A stretch of 48,298 bases of DNA from Lama guanicoe. Its lineage: Eukaryota. The DNA lies in contig MU054027.1 in the NCBI GenBank assembly GCA_013239625.1, forward strand, positions 1-48,298. The letters run 5' to 3'. Positions within the stretch are counted from its first letter, which is position 1, and every line of letters starts with the position of its first letter. Positions 13,183 through 26,189 of the stretch are shown here, piece by piece. The position numbers were made by a program, and so were the translations under genes. The notes beneath the pieces were generated by a model. The model was not told the DNA's origin. It made no database searches and saw only the letters and a list, made by a program, of their open reading frames with translations.

Positions 13183-13285
13183 CAAGGAGAGGGGGTTTTC
13201 TCCAGCACCCATCTCTGACTTTAATGTAGTCACACCAGCACAAGCTACTTTTGTATAGGGCCACTGTAGTAAAATTTAAAATGAT
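13183..13285 (-). pseudogene. TLL1: TLL1 CUB1 middle exon
   Basis: tttgcag|[35 protein letters not shown]|ctaaga, 103 nt. Donor GT mutated to CT. Confidence 0.92.
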
Positions 13286-14991
13286 CTGCAAAATGGAGCA
13301 AAGAAACACACAGATTAAAAATGACCGTAACTGCACATGGGTGATTTGATTCCTAGAGGCTAGGAACCCGGGACTACTATGAAAATGGGATTCACAGAAA
13401 ATTCTTATTATTTTCTTCCTATATTATTATCTCTCTATAATTTCTTCTTAAAAAACACTTCAAAAATCCCATTTTGTCATACACATGAATGTTTAACAAA
13501 ATAGAAGCACAATGTCAATAAGCAAACTAAATTATTTTAGCAATGAAACCAAAGTTTCTGTAAAGTTAATATGCATATTTGCACAATTATGAAACAGAAA
13601 TCTTTATTCAAATGGCTTGTTTTGAATTTTCTTAAATATTAAACCATGAAAACTTCTGATTTTGCCATGACTTTCTACTTTTCAATAATTTATTTCAGAC
13701 ATGTTTAATCATACTAAAAATAACCACCATGTGCCATCTTTGAAGATCATTATCATTGCATATGTTGAAATGTTTTAAATAGAGCTCTAGAATTCAAATT
13801 TGTCCCTGTAANNNNNNNNNNNNNNNNNNNNNNNNNNNNNNNNNNNNNNNNNNNNNNNNNNNNNNNNNNNNNNNNNNNNNNNNNNNNNNNNNNNNNNNNN
13901 NGATCTTGTACCCTTTATTCTGTACTTTGTTTTGAAATAATGCTTTTTAAAATAATTCAAGAATGTTAGAAAAGGCAATTTTCTTACTGCTTTACAAAAA
14001 GGCTCAACTTTTCAAGTAATTAACTTTTTTTCTTAATTACACCAAAAGTAGAGCGAAACTAAGAAATGCATGTATCTAATGAGGTAAAATTCATTTGGAA
14101 AATATTTTTGTATTCAAAAAATTATTCTAATTCTATTCTGCTTAAAATATCTAAGATGCTGAAGGTATATAGTGAACCTGTTCTTTACTCTAGAAACAGA
14201 AATGGACTTTGGCCAAAAGCAACAATTTATGATAATTTGAAATACTTCTAATATAAAACTACAGTTTGTAACACTAAAGAATTCCTTTGTGACCATTTAA
14301 AAAACTGAATTTTAGAGGATTCTCAAGGAATGAAAAAAGATTGATTACATATGTAATCAATCTTGAACCCATGTTTCCTAAAAGTAACTACCATTTCGGT
14401 GTTAGAAAACATATACTTCTCCCATTCCTTGAGCACAGTATTTAACAGAAATGTAAGTAGTAACAGAAAGGCAAATCAATCCTTAACTAGCTTACTTCTT
14501 CCTGAAATGAAAATACAGCATAACAATATTTCACATGGCATCTTATATCTCAGTACCACAATTATCATTGATGAAATTGTATACCAACATTGGTTTTAAT
14601 TCCCAATAAAAATAAGAATTTGTCTAGCTATAATGAGATTCACTTGTACTTTATAATGGTGTTAGCCGTTCACCATTAATTTCAACATTTATAAATTTCT
14701 TTAAACATGTACTTCCTTGATTACAAAAGGGTGAAGTCTATTAAAAATGTGAGAATAGAGATATGCTTTTTTAAATGCAATACAGTAGGTATGGCATAAT
14801 TTGGTTTGGTTTAATAAAACTTTTCATTTATCTGTCTGGATTATTTACACTTTTCTTTGTGCTTCATTTTCCTTTTCCTTCACCTGATTTTATCATTTCA
14901 AATATTCTAAGTGTTACAAAAATTTCCAAAATATCAAAGGGCAAAAGACTCATCTTTCTTTTTTTCTGTATTTTCCAATAATCCTCAGTAC

Positions 14992-15143
14992 TTGATTATG
15001 AAAACGCATGGCTTCTATTTTCCTGATCTTCTCAATATGTTTGCTCCTCCATCTCTGAGTACCAATGCAACATCAAGTTATTCTTCAGATGTAACTGGGA
15101 AATAATTTCTGGTTTCCCCCTTAAATTTGTACTTGCTTTAAGT
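14992..15143 (-). pseudogene. TEX15-like exon I
   Basis: ccttatttgtagcag|DLKQVQI*...SKHIEKIRKIEAMRFHNQ|gtactg, cf. MAHIRKVMKTIEHMKM. The 3' boundary is uncertain. Confidence 0.45.
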
Positions 15144-16448
15144 CTGCTACAAATAAGGAATATGACCACTGTCTGGTATTAAGTTTCAGTCTGCATTTGT
15201 AGTCTCCCTATAGTGACCACTAGGGTTTCAACTCCACATTATCATGTGGGAACTCATTTATTATAACAGAGATGGCAAAACTAGAACATAGACACAAACA
15301 GTAGACCTCAAAGCTCATTTGTGGTTTCCCTCTGAGATTTAAAGTTTTTTTTTATATAATAGTATGCAAAGAGATTCAACTTCCTTCTGAATGAGGGGGA
15401 AAAAACAGCTAAAGTGGAAGGATGTGTATCATCAAAACTTATTCAAAATCGAAACAATGTGGTTGCATTGCTAACAAATAGTTAATATTTGAAGCTTGGA
15501 ACATACCAAAACACACACACACAGTTGGAAGAGGGGTGTAAATCTAAACAGCACAGTTTCCTGTCTTGTTTTTAATCTTCTATTTTAAACTCCAAGCACT
15601 GCAAAAGACCAAAACTGGCCTTCTTTAATATAAAACAGTCCTTTAGAAGTAGAAAATGTAATAAAGATAGGTTTCCTAAAATCAAATCTTAGGGAGAAGA
15701 AAAATGTTGGCCTTTGACTAAGGTTACTAGCAGAATCCATACTTGAATTACAAATTAAAAGCACTTGGAAAATATCTGGTTTTCTATTATACTATTTTAT
15801 GTAAATGTGTTGCATCTTGTTTCAAAAAAATGATGAAATAAAAACTACATAGCACAATTTTATAAATGTTTTATGTCTTATGGTAAGTGTCAATTTACCA
15901 TTTATCAACTGAAAATTAATCATAGTTCCCTTGGAACATGGGATTGAGGGAGTTACAAAGAATTCTAAAATTTCCTCTGCTCTGTTATGAGTCTTGGTTG
16001 CTATTCTGCAAAGTTAAATTGATACAATTGCTGTGGATTTTGCTTATTAAAGACTTTGTATTACAATCCTGCAGAGTGAAGAATCTTGAAGAAAGGCAGA
16101 TCAACAGTCAAGGGACCAGATGTCTGGAAGCCTCCAGAGAAAGATGTAGTCAGTGAACTTTGTTAGCATAATTAAGTCATCACTGACTACCTAAACTAAT
16201 TTCATGAACACCATCAAAAGACCAATTAGAATAGTAATTTATACATTATAGTGCTGAGAATGGGGAAGATACAAATCTTGTCAATTAGACTGATATTATT
16301 AAATAGCTCTTTAGAAAGAGACATTAGAATCAAAAGCAGTAAAATAAAATAGATTTCTGGGCTCCAGCCAGAAGTAGTTTGGACAAGTCTAATAAACTCT
16401 CTAGGGAGTCAACAGTTTTCTTCTCAGAAGTCAGAGTACAGGCGAGAT

Positions 16449-16654
16449 CAGGGATCAGTAAACTCTACCCCATGGGTGGAATCCAGCCTGCAGCCAGTTT
16501 TTGTAAAGAATGTTTTGTTGGACACATTCCTTTACATACTGTCTGTGACTGCTTTTGTGATACAACAGTAGAATTGAGTATCTGAACAAACTGTATTAGT
16601 GGCAAAGCCAAAATATTTCCTGTATGCCCTCTCCAGAAAGATTTACAACTTCTG
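16449..16654 (+). mobile_element. MER58A-like hAT-Charlie MITE
   Basis: cagggatcagtaaact...aatccagcctgcagcc...gcaaagccaaaatattt...aacttctg, ~205 bp. Confidence 0.75.
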
Positions 16655-16749
16655 GAATAATTGATAATGAAGGTTTGGTTCAGCACTGGATTGTATCATA
16701 CTAAAGGGAAAATCTACATCTTTTTCTACAACTAGAAGCTGTTTGTGAC

Positions 16750-16930
16750 TGGGAGTCAGAAAGCCTGGGTTCAAGTTCTAGCTTCTCAGTTTGCTAGTTA
16801 CTTTCTGAGTTTGAGTGAATTTTCTTGCTATAAAATGGAGATGATTATTTCAGGCTGATCTGGGCAGGGTTAAGTCAGAAAAATGTAATTGGATAATGTG
16901 TAGAAAAACACTAAGGTAACCTAAATACAT
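16750..16930 (+). mobile_element. MIR
   Basis: ggagtcagaaagcctgggttcaagttctagc...ctataaaatggagatgat. Confidence 0.65.
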
Positions 16931-18006
16931 TGTTAAGATTCTCATATATTATTATCCTGAACAGTTATAAAATGAATAAAAATATTAATCCAATTTACTT
17001 AATCCAACTATGCTGGGAAACATAAAAACATTAATTTTATATTTCCAAAGAAAAATCAACATATTAAAGTAAGATATTCTTAATTTAAAATCTAAAGAAG
17101 AATGGACAGGCAAACTTTGGCCTCGAGTTGAGCGATTGCTTTATAATAGACTAGTTGTGTGACTCAGGTAGATCTTAATTCCATCAGAGATTCATTATTT
17201 GACAGGTGAAAACTGGAAGCTGGATTAGGTTATGAAAATAATTTTTCAGCTTAAACTTATATATTAATATCTGGATTTTGAAATTTTGATTTGTCATTGC
17301 CAACTATTCATAGGAACATTTTTTTCTACCTGCCTTTCTTTAATCCCCACTCCGCCCCTATCTCTAACCAGTTGCCAGTTTCCACAGGTACTCTGCGGTG
17401 CCCCCGAGACGCCCTCTTTCTCACTGGCCATGTCCTCTGTGCTTCTTTGAATGAACGCAGCAGCTTCACAAGCTGTGCTTAGGTTTTCAGTCGTGCCCTT
17501 CTCCAATTCATCCTCCACTCTATCATCATTTTAATCCCACTAAAGTTGGGGTCCCATTATGATGTTGGTGGCTTTAAGTCCAACTCAGTGTACATTTCTG
17601 AGCCTGTGCATCAGGTTCTAGGTTGGGACCTCCCTTTGGCTGCCTCACTTTCACTGTGTCCGAGTCTTCATAGCACTCATCCCGACTCCTGCTGTCGTGT
17701 CCTGACAAAGGCTCCAGTCTGAGGATTCCTCTCTTCAGGGTGCACATCATTCTACCTGAGATTCCACTTTCCCCTTCTCTGTTTTTGGAAACTCTTCACA
17801 TCTCTCAAGGTCTAAATTAAATGCTACCCTTTCTTCAGTCATGCTTGGATCGCCCAGTAAGATCTGAGCCCTGTTATCTCTGCAAGTCCATGACAAGATA
17901 TATCTTGCTTTCTTCAGTTAATTTTCAGTTTGCCTACTATATTACTAGGCCTTGCCCTTGCTATATGTTAGTAAGATTCTTGATGGCAAAGATTTCTTTC
18001 ACACAC

Positions 18007-18192
18007 CAGAAAGATGCATATATTTTAATGAAATAAAAGATTTTTCTACAAAGTAAGTGTTAAAGTTAAGCAGGGCCTTTGGCAATATAAATATTCTGTT
18101 GTGAATTGACCCCATATGTGTAAATCATCAGATTCTGTGAAAAGAAAGTTTTCACAGCATGAAAGTGGTCAATTGATATCTTTTCACTGGGG
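18007..18192 (-). pseudogene. TEX15-like exon H
   Basis: ttttttcctacgtag|PSEKISIDHFHAVKTFFSQNL/...KSFISLKYMHLS|gtgtgt, cf. NEAVNCSYAIHLLSREL...KYFISTYIDF. Confidence 0.45.
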
Positions 18193-18439
18193 CTACGTAG
18201 GAAAAAAATAGAGCTAACTCTATTTACAACATAAGCAATATGCCCTTGCTAAAAGGCAGTCAGTTCTAAGGAGTGGAAAAATCGATATTGTGTGCTTTCA
18301 TAAGCTCAACACGACTACTTTCTCAGAGGCACATTCTAGACTGTTCCCAGCAGCATCCAAGACAGTCTGAGACTGGACAGGACTCTGTCTGTATCTTTTG
18401 AGGCTCAGTTATAAGAAGACATGTCTGTACATTGACAGT

Positions 18440-20060
18440 CTTATTTTTTTAACTGTAGTTAAAACAGAACATACAATTTAACATTTTAACCATTTTAAGT
18501 ACATGGTTCTATAGCATTAAATAAATTTACACTGTTGTGCAACAATACTTCTTCTTAAAAAATATTTTTCCTGGATAACATAGTATATGTTTATTGTAGA
18601 ATATAAAAGGAAGAAGAAATAAAAGCCTATTTGTAAATCCACCAGGGAGAAATAACCATTGTGTTGGTATATGTCCTTTCATAATTTTGCCTCTAACATA
18701 TGTAATTTAAAAATTAGATCTTTTCATGCCTGTGATTTTTAACCTGTTTATTAAATTTACCAATAGTTTGAAAACAGTCCTCTAGTTACAGGAAATAATC
18801 TTAAAAAAAAATTTTTGTAACAAAGGCACCATGATATGTTTCGATAATAACTCATGTGATTATCTTCAGAGAGATAAATTTAGCAACAGTCCTATTTTAT
18901 ACCATGTTTTATTCCTTCTTTATAAACATAATTTGATAAGAAAATTATCAAATAAACATTTTACTTTTACACTGGCCATTATGTATGTTTTTGTAAAATA
19001 GAATATTTAATCCTTAAAAAATCAACATTTTCTTTCTGCTTTCAAAGTTTATTTTATTTTCAATTTTTCATTATCATAAATAACTATCTTTGCACATACC
19101 CAGATAATCGCTGTAGGATAAATTTCTAGGATAAAGTGCAGGCATGTTTTGCAAAATGTGACACAGGTCAACAAAGTTCTTCAGAAAAGATATTTCAGTG
19201 TTTACTTCCAGAAGCTGCGCACCCTCACAATCATTTGGTATTATCATTCTATTCCTTCTTTGCTAATTTGATAGGTGAAATACAACACACTGTTGTTGGT
19301 TCAAATAGCATTTCTTTGATAAAGAATGAGAGTAAACAAGTTCACATATTGATTAAATATCTATTTGCACTGATACTTCAATAAATATTCTGCTTCCTTA
19401 GTCATTTTTATATGTCAATCTTTATTAATTTACAGCAGCTATTTATACATGATTAATACCAAAGTTTTCTCATTCATTTGTGCTATATTACTCATTTTGA
19501 CTTTTTACATGTGTATTTGCATTTTATGAGATTTTATGTAAGTAATTCTGAAAAGTTATTTTACATTTCATTCTCAGCTTATGTATGCAAGACACAAATC
19601 ACTTTTATTTTCTTTAGAAAAAATATGCAGTATGAAGTAGAAGCTTTATTTTTTCAAAAATATTTTACGTGATTTCATTACTATTTGTTGAAAAATTATT
19701 TTCACAATTTATTTGAAAAATCATGTCTGTAGATGACTTCTTATATGATTAAAGTCTTCCATTCCCTTGGGCATAATTCTCTCCTTTTTAGATTGTTCTA
19801 CTAATCGAGAAGTCTATTTTGACATTATCACAGAATTTGAATTAGTGAAACTTCATAATGTTTTTCTACTATCTTACCATGCAATTCACTCTCTTTTATT
19901 AATTACTTTCAAACTTGCCTTGGTTATTTCCAATCCTTTTATTTTAGAAATAAACTCTAGAAATATTTGGCCTGGGTACAGAATAAAAATCTATTGGAAA
20001 TTTATTTGGAATTAATTAAAACTGTACATTAATTTTGGAAAAATTGACAATTTATTACAA
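18440..20060 (-). mobile_element. Old antisense L1 fragments
   Basis: T-rich L1M-type text (tttaaccattttaag; tttgctaatttgatagg; ttggaaaaattgaca). Boundaries approximate. Confidence 0.55.
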
Positions 20061-20239
20061 GTCCTACAACACAGTCAATTGATCTGTTTTAGTTCCAAAG
20101 TCTTCAGTTCTCTAAAATCTACTACATTTAAATATATTTGTTTTTATTTGATCACCTCTAGTCCTATTTTCTAATTGCTTCTTTTGAATTTTTGAAGAAG
20201 AAATAACATATTCTTAATAACTAAACAAATGTGATGATT

Positions 20240-20430
20240 AGCTCTGCCAAATGAAATCTGTGTGATGTTAGGCAGATTACTCAATTCTTTCTTAAGTTCA
20301 ATTTTCTTCATCTGTAAAATGTAGGTAATTGTAATATTAAACTCAGCTGGGGGTGAATAGATTAGAGAAATTTAGTACAGCATCTGGTATAGTGTAAAAT
20401 CTCAATAAAGATTAGTTTCTTCTATTTATT
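20240..20430 (+). mobile_element. MIR
   Basis: tagctctgcca...ttttcttcatctgtaaaatg...ctcaataaa. Confidence 0.65.
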
Positions 20431-20825
20431 GTCTAAATCTAGTCCTAATTAATCAGGTTCTCTAGTCCTAATTCATCTTCTAGACTTAATTCATTAAATT
20501 ATCATTAAACAAACATACTGAATTCCAGCATTAACAGCATTTATAGAAAATTTTAAGGTTTTTTAATTGTGATATTATTATTTACAAATTAACAGATTTT
20601 ATAACACTGAACTACTCTCAAATTACCAAATCAAAACACTTGCAAATTTATAAATTATAGAACATGATTTGATTTGTTTATTTATATATAACATCTGTGT
20701 GTTTATATTTGTATGAGAAGCATTTCATATTTTTTCACATGAGTTGTATGCAGTATGCATATCAGAATTTTACCAGTTTTATAAAGTAAACAAAGAGGCT
20801 ACACATTGTTTTAAAATGCACTTGA

Positions 20826-20971
20826 GAGGGCAGGTATAGTTCAGTGGTAGAATGTGTGCTTGGCATACACAACATCCTGGGTTCAATTCCTGGTACCGCC
20901 ACCGAAGTACATAAATAAATAAATAAACCTAATTACCTCTCCCTCAAAAAGAAGTAAAATAAAATAAAACC
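20826..20971 (+). mobile_element. Camelid tRNA-derived SINE (vic-1 type)
   Basis: A/B boxes (tagttcagtggtag; gggttcaattcc) and aaacctaattacc tail. TSD taaaa(t/c)gcacttga at 20812-20825 and 20972-20985. Confidence 0.9.
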
Positions 20972-21094
20972 TAAAACGCACTTGAAATACATTTTTATTA
21001 TGTGGGAAGTATCTGAATTTTTACAGTTTGAAAAAGATTCCTTGAGAAATCACCTGCAAGCAGCATGACTTCAAGTAACTTTTTGTCAACTTAC

Positions 21095-21262
21095 TTCATA
21101 CTGTTATTAACTTATGAAACGTCTCATGCTTATTATGTCAGTTTCGGTAGCTTGAATTTCCAGGATTCTGCATTAAGAAATACTTCAAAAAGAACTATTT
21201 CTGCAGTTTTTGATGTTTTACAAGTTGAATATATAGCCAATGAAACCATTTTATCATGAATT
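21095..21262 (-). pseudogene. TEX15-like exon G
   Basis: tttttttcaccag|IHDKMVSLAIYS...TAEIVLFEVFLNA/EIQATETDII...GAA|gtaagt, cf. CQEKMASFSF...TDVCLWKVIETAVSELKKDLDII. Confidence 0.55.
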
Positions 21263-21499
21263 CTGGTGAAAAAAAAAACTTTAAATGAAGTACAACATAT
21301 ATAAATATTAAATCACTATTTTGTACACCTGAAACTAATACAATTGTAAATCAACTATACTTTAATAAAAAAAAATCCACATTTGAAACAGGAAAAATAC
21401 CACGAAAACAAGCTAAGTTAAAAAACTAATCTAAAATATAGACTATAGTCAGGACAAAATGAGCTTTGATGGAAGTCTGAGATACAAGAAAGAATACTA

Positions 21500-22560
21500 A
21501 ATAAAAATATTTGGTATATCTTCAACAAATGTTGTTGGGAAAAATATATCTACATACAAGAAAATGAAGTTAGACTCTCTTAAGCCATAGACAAAAAATA
21601 ACTTGACAATGGATTAAAGACCTAAACATAATACTTAAAACTCTAAAATGACTAGGAGAAAACATAAGGGGGGGAAGCTTCATTGGATATGGCAATGATT
21701 TCTTGGATACTCCCTCAAAAGCAAAATAAAAAAAAGTGAAAAATCACTAGATCTTAGTACTACATCAAAGTAAAGAACTTTTGTGAAGCAAAGGAAACAA
21801 TCAGTGCTGTCAAAGGGTAACTAAAGAAAAGGAGATAATATCTGCCAATATTATTTCTCATAGGGGGTTAACAGCCAGAATATATAAAGAACTCCCATAA
21901 CACAAAAAGAAAAAAATAAAATAATCCAATTAAAAATGAGCAAAAAACTTGAATAAACATTTCTCCAAAGATGGCATACAAATAACCAACAATCATATTT
22001 TTTTAATGATCAATATCACTAATCATTAGAGAAATGCAGTTTAAAGCCACAAGGAGGTATCACTTCACACCCACTACAATGTTGACTATAAAAGATGTGG
22101 AGAAACTGGACCCCATGTGCATTGCTGGAAAGATTCTAGAATTGTGCAGCCATTACAGAAAACAGTACGAATGTTCCTCAAAAACTAAAAATAGAACTGC
22201 CAAATGATCCAACAATCCCCAAGAATTTATGCACACTACACCACGGATAAGCCTTTAGGCCATTATACACAGAAGATAAGCCACTTACAAAAAGACAAAC
22301 ACTGTGTGACCCCACTTATATAAGGTTTCTAAAGTAGCCAATTCATAAAAAACAGAAAGAAAGTGGTGCTTACCAGGAACTAAGGAAGGGGAAAATGGAG
22401 AATTGTTTAATGAATAGAGTTTCAGTTTTGCAAGATGAAAAAGTTCTAGAGATCTGTTTCACAAAGTGTGCATGTATTTAACATGACTGAATTGTGTATT
22501 TAACAATGGTTAAGATAGCAATTTTGTATGTTTTTATCACAATAAAAATGTTACATGAAT
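21500..22560 (+). mobile_element. Old L1 ORF2 3' part and 3'UTR
   Basis: tcttcaacaaatg...ggattaaagacctaaac...gagaaatgca...aataaaaa. Confidence 0.85.
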
Positions 22561-22699
22561 ACCTGCATACAGTTAAGTGCAAAAAACAATAATAGCATTT
22601 CATTTGTCTCAGAGAGAAAACAAGCTTGAAAACAAAACAAAACAATATTATATAAGATGAAGGCATGTGAATCATCATCTTTTTTTAATGAATCTTTTT

Positions 22700-25290
22700 A
22701 TGGTTTGGTAGGAGTGTAAAGATGTTAATTATATATGGCTCCATGCAGAGAGTAAGCTAGTAGAAAGAGGTACCAAAAAATAGAATACACACTTAAAATT
22801 TTCAAACCAGTAGAGGGGAAAAAAATGAAATGAGGGAAAAGAAAACATAATTCCATACATTAGAAGGCAAAACACAGAACAAAAGAAACCAAGCGGGACA
22901 TATAGAATGAAAATAAGATGCAGTAATACATCAGTAATCAGATGTAACTCCTAAAAGCAATTTAGTTAAAGACAAAACTAGCCATCATGAATTCAATAAA
23001 AAATAAAAGCAAAGTATTTGGTACCTAAAAGGGACACACATGAGACACAAAATCTCAAATGGTTAAATGTTTAAAGAAGATAAAGATATACAGGCAGAAA
23101 TATTAATCAAAAAAAGTATAATATATTAATATCAGAAAAAAATTTTAACCTAAACCAGGACTAGAGATAGAGATACACTATAGAATGATAATAGTCTAAT
23201 TTATTGGGAAAATGTAATATTATAAACAAATATGTATACAATATATAATAATATAGTGTAAAACTATTTCAAAACTATGAAGAGCAATTAATCTACCAAA
23301 CAGTGGCAAATAATATTTTAATGTTAATAACATACCTTTCTACTATTTGATAGATGAAGCAATCAAAAACAGCACTATAGAGAATATATAAACAGCACAA
23401 TTAAAAAGACTAATGCATATCTATAAAACTTTGCACCCAACCATTGCGCAAGACACATTTAAAAGCAAGGATTATTTTTTTAATGAATACTGGTCAATTC
23501 TAATTCTGCCAGCCTCAAGTTATTTCAAAGACTGACATCATACAGACTATAGTCTCTGTCCAAAAAGTGACTAAAGGAGAAATTAATAAAAAAAAGATTG
23601 GGAAAACAACATATTTTTGCAAATAAAAATTGTGTCACTGAAAAATATGTAGGCTTAGAAGAAATTAAAAAGATGAAGAAGATAATTAGAATTTAAAAAT
23701 AACAAAAACACTGTGTGTCAAGCTGGTGAAATTCAGATAGAGTAGTCCTTAGAAGAAAACTTACAGCCTTAAATGTTTGTATTGGAAAAGAAAAGATACT
23801 TGAAATTAATGAGTTAAACTTGCAAAAGAAGAAGTAAAATAGACCTATTAAATCTACAGATTTAATGCAATCTGTATCAAAATATCCATGATATTTTTCA
23901 CAGAACTAGAAAAAAAAGTCCTAAAATTACATAGAACCAGAAGAGACCTCAAATTGCCAAAGAAATCTGAGAAAAAAAGAAGAAAGCTGAAGATATCACA
24001 CTTCCAGACTTTAGACTATACCACAAAGCTACAGTAATCCAAAGTGGTATTGGTACAGAAACAGACATGTAGAACAACAGAACAGAATGGAGGGCCCGGA
24101 AATAAACATACACACTTACGTTATGGACGATTAATCTAAAACAAAGGAGGTAAGAATATACAATGGAGAAAAGATAGCCTTTTCAATAAATGGTGCTGAG
24201 AAAACTGGACAGCTACATGGAAAAGGATGCAATTACAACAGTTCCTCACACCATGTACAAAAATAAACTCAAAATATATTAAAGACATAAATGAAAGACC
24301 TGAAACTATAAAACTCCTCAAAGAGAACATAGGCAGAGCACTCTTTGACATAAATAGTAGCAATCTTTTTTTAGATCTGTCTCCTAAGGCAAAAGAAATA
24401 AAAGCAAAAATAAACAAAAGGGACCTAATTAAACTTAAAAGACTTTGCACAGGAAAGGAAACCACTGACAAAACAAAAAGACAAGCTACTGAATTGGAGA
24501 ATATGTTTGNNNNNNNNNNNNNNNNNNNNNNNNNNNNNNNNNNNNNNNNNNNNNNNNNNNNNNNNNNNNNNNNNNNNNNNNNNNNNNNNNNNNNNNNNNN
24601 NNNNNNNNNNNNNNNNNNNNNNNNNNNNNNNNNNNNNNNNNNNNNNNNNNNNNNNNNNNNNNNNNNNNNNNNNNNNNNNNNNNNNNNNNNNNNNNNNNNN
24701 NNNNNNNNNNNNNNNNNNNNNNNNNNNNNNNNNNNNNNNNNNNNNNNNNNNNNNNNNNNNNNNNNNNNNNNNNNNNNNNNNNNNNNNNNNNNNNNNNNNN
24801 NNNNNNNNNNNNNNNNNNNNNNNNNNNNNNNNNNNNNNNNNNNNNNNNNNNNNNNNNNNNNNNNNNNNNNNNNNNNNNNNNNNNNNNNNNNNNNNNNNNN
24901 NNNNNNNNNNNNNNNNNNNNNNNNNNNNNNNNNNNNNNNNNNNNNNNNNNNNNNNNNNNNNNNNNNNNNNNNNNNNNNNNNNNNNNNNNNNNNNNNNNNN
25001 NNNNNNNNNNNNNNNNNNNNNNNNNNNNNNNNNNNNNNNNNNNNNNNNNNNNNNNNNNNNNNNNNNNNNNNNNNNNNNNNNNNNNNNNNNNNNNNNNNNN
25101 NNNNNNNNNNNCACTTATTATTTGCAATAGTTTTTAATGGAGTATAATCTGTAAAAATACTGAATCCCTATGCTGTATACCTGAAACTAATACAAATTTG
25201 TAAATCAAATATATGTCAATGAACTAAAAAAGAAGAGAAGATATTAAAGAAAGAAAATAAGGAAAATATAAGAATGAAAAATCAGTTAAT
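22700..25290 (+). mobile_element. Old L1 (ORF2 5' region) with a younger 5'-truncated L1 nested at ~23845-25235 (spans a gap)
   Basis: Degenerate endonuclease-region text is interrupted by better-preserved ORF2 (LTPCTKINSKYIKDIN...INKRDLIKLK) and a 3'UTR/A tail. The old element resumes after ~25235. Confidence 0.8.
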
Positions 25291-25310
25291 ATTGTTGATT
25301 GGCCACTTAC

Positions 25311-25702
25311 AATATTACGATTTATTTGCCCCTCATTGTACACAGTTAAGAAATATGATAGAAAGTTAAGGGATTTGTTTATTTCTTCCCTTTTGCAACA
25401 CTTTAGAAAATATCATTTTATTAGTAATCCTACATACAAGAAAAGTGTTGAACTTTGAATGCTAATGGCACGGGTACTGCAATTAGGTAAGAGAAACTTT
25501 TTCATATATTATCTTGCTCTTACAAGCTGATTTAACTTGATTAATCTTGTTCCAAAGCTTTCTATATTCTATAAGGCTTTATTTTCAAAAATTATGTATA
25601 GTTTTAAACTTTCTCTGAAGCTTTATCATCCTTTATATCTTTCTCTTCAGTACTTTTTTTAATGATTTTCATGTTATATTTTCCAGGGTTTGTTCAAAGA
25701 AT
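25311..25702 (-). pseudogene. TEX15-like exon F
   Basis: tttccatttag|...LYVGLLIK*YFLKCCKREEINKSLNF...|gtaagt, cf. MYIEIVMVSETIHFLKNSIAKKLDKQRF. Confidence 0.5.
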
Positions 25703-25865
25703 CTAAATGGAAATTGATCAGCACCTATAACTATTACAATGTAGACTCATAATTCTTAAACTAAAAATAACTAAATAAAGAATTACATATGCATTAATGT
25801 ATTATAAGCCAGTTGTAAATTTTTATGTGTAAAATCTATTGATGCTACACAGTAGTTTCATTTAG

Positions 25866-26019
25866 TTTTCACTGTACCGATTGCAACATCCTGGACAGCT
25901 CCATACGCACAGTAATAACAACAGCACTCAATTATCGAGAGATCAAACCTTCTTTAGCTGCATTTGCATTCCCACCAAAACTCAGTGTATTTGAGCCATT
26001 CCAGATGAATTTGCCAAAG
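25866..26019 (+). pseudogene. Unidentified coding exon
   Basis: tttcatttag|...AAG|gtaaaa, 154 nt. One frame is open: FHCTDCNILDSSIRTVITTALNYREIKPSLAAFAFPPKLSVFEPFQMNLPK. CpGs are retained within AT-rich flanks. Confidence 0.5.
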
Positions 26020-26189
26020 GTAAAAAATCATTCAACAATTAGTTAAAAACCAAAGATTAACATCAAGACAATCTCAGCCAGGGGAGACTTTTAAGGTTAG
26101 CATTCAAGACAGAATCCAGAAATTGATAAATTTGTTTCTTAATAATTTTAAATTCTATAACCAATCAAACAAACAATATAATAGAGGGA

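Larger units (their letters stand above)
1812..13285 (-). pseudogene. TLL1: Unprocessed (duplicated) tolloid-like 1 pseudogene fragment, five exons (approx. TLL1 exons 10-14: CUB1, CUB2, EGF1)
   Basis: Five exons in TLL1 order with TLL1-like lengths (103, 117, 146, 190, 119 nt) and introns retained. Disabled by three TAG codons, two 7-nt deletions (one giving a TAA) and a GT>CT donor. The preceding CUB1 exon (ACGETLQ...) was not found upstream. Confidence 0.93.

Noticed and set aside
20826..20900. tRNA-like sequence (also 33330-33400, 34160-34233)
   Set aside because: These are SINE heads with SINE tails and TSDs, not tRNA genes.
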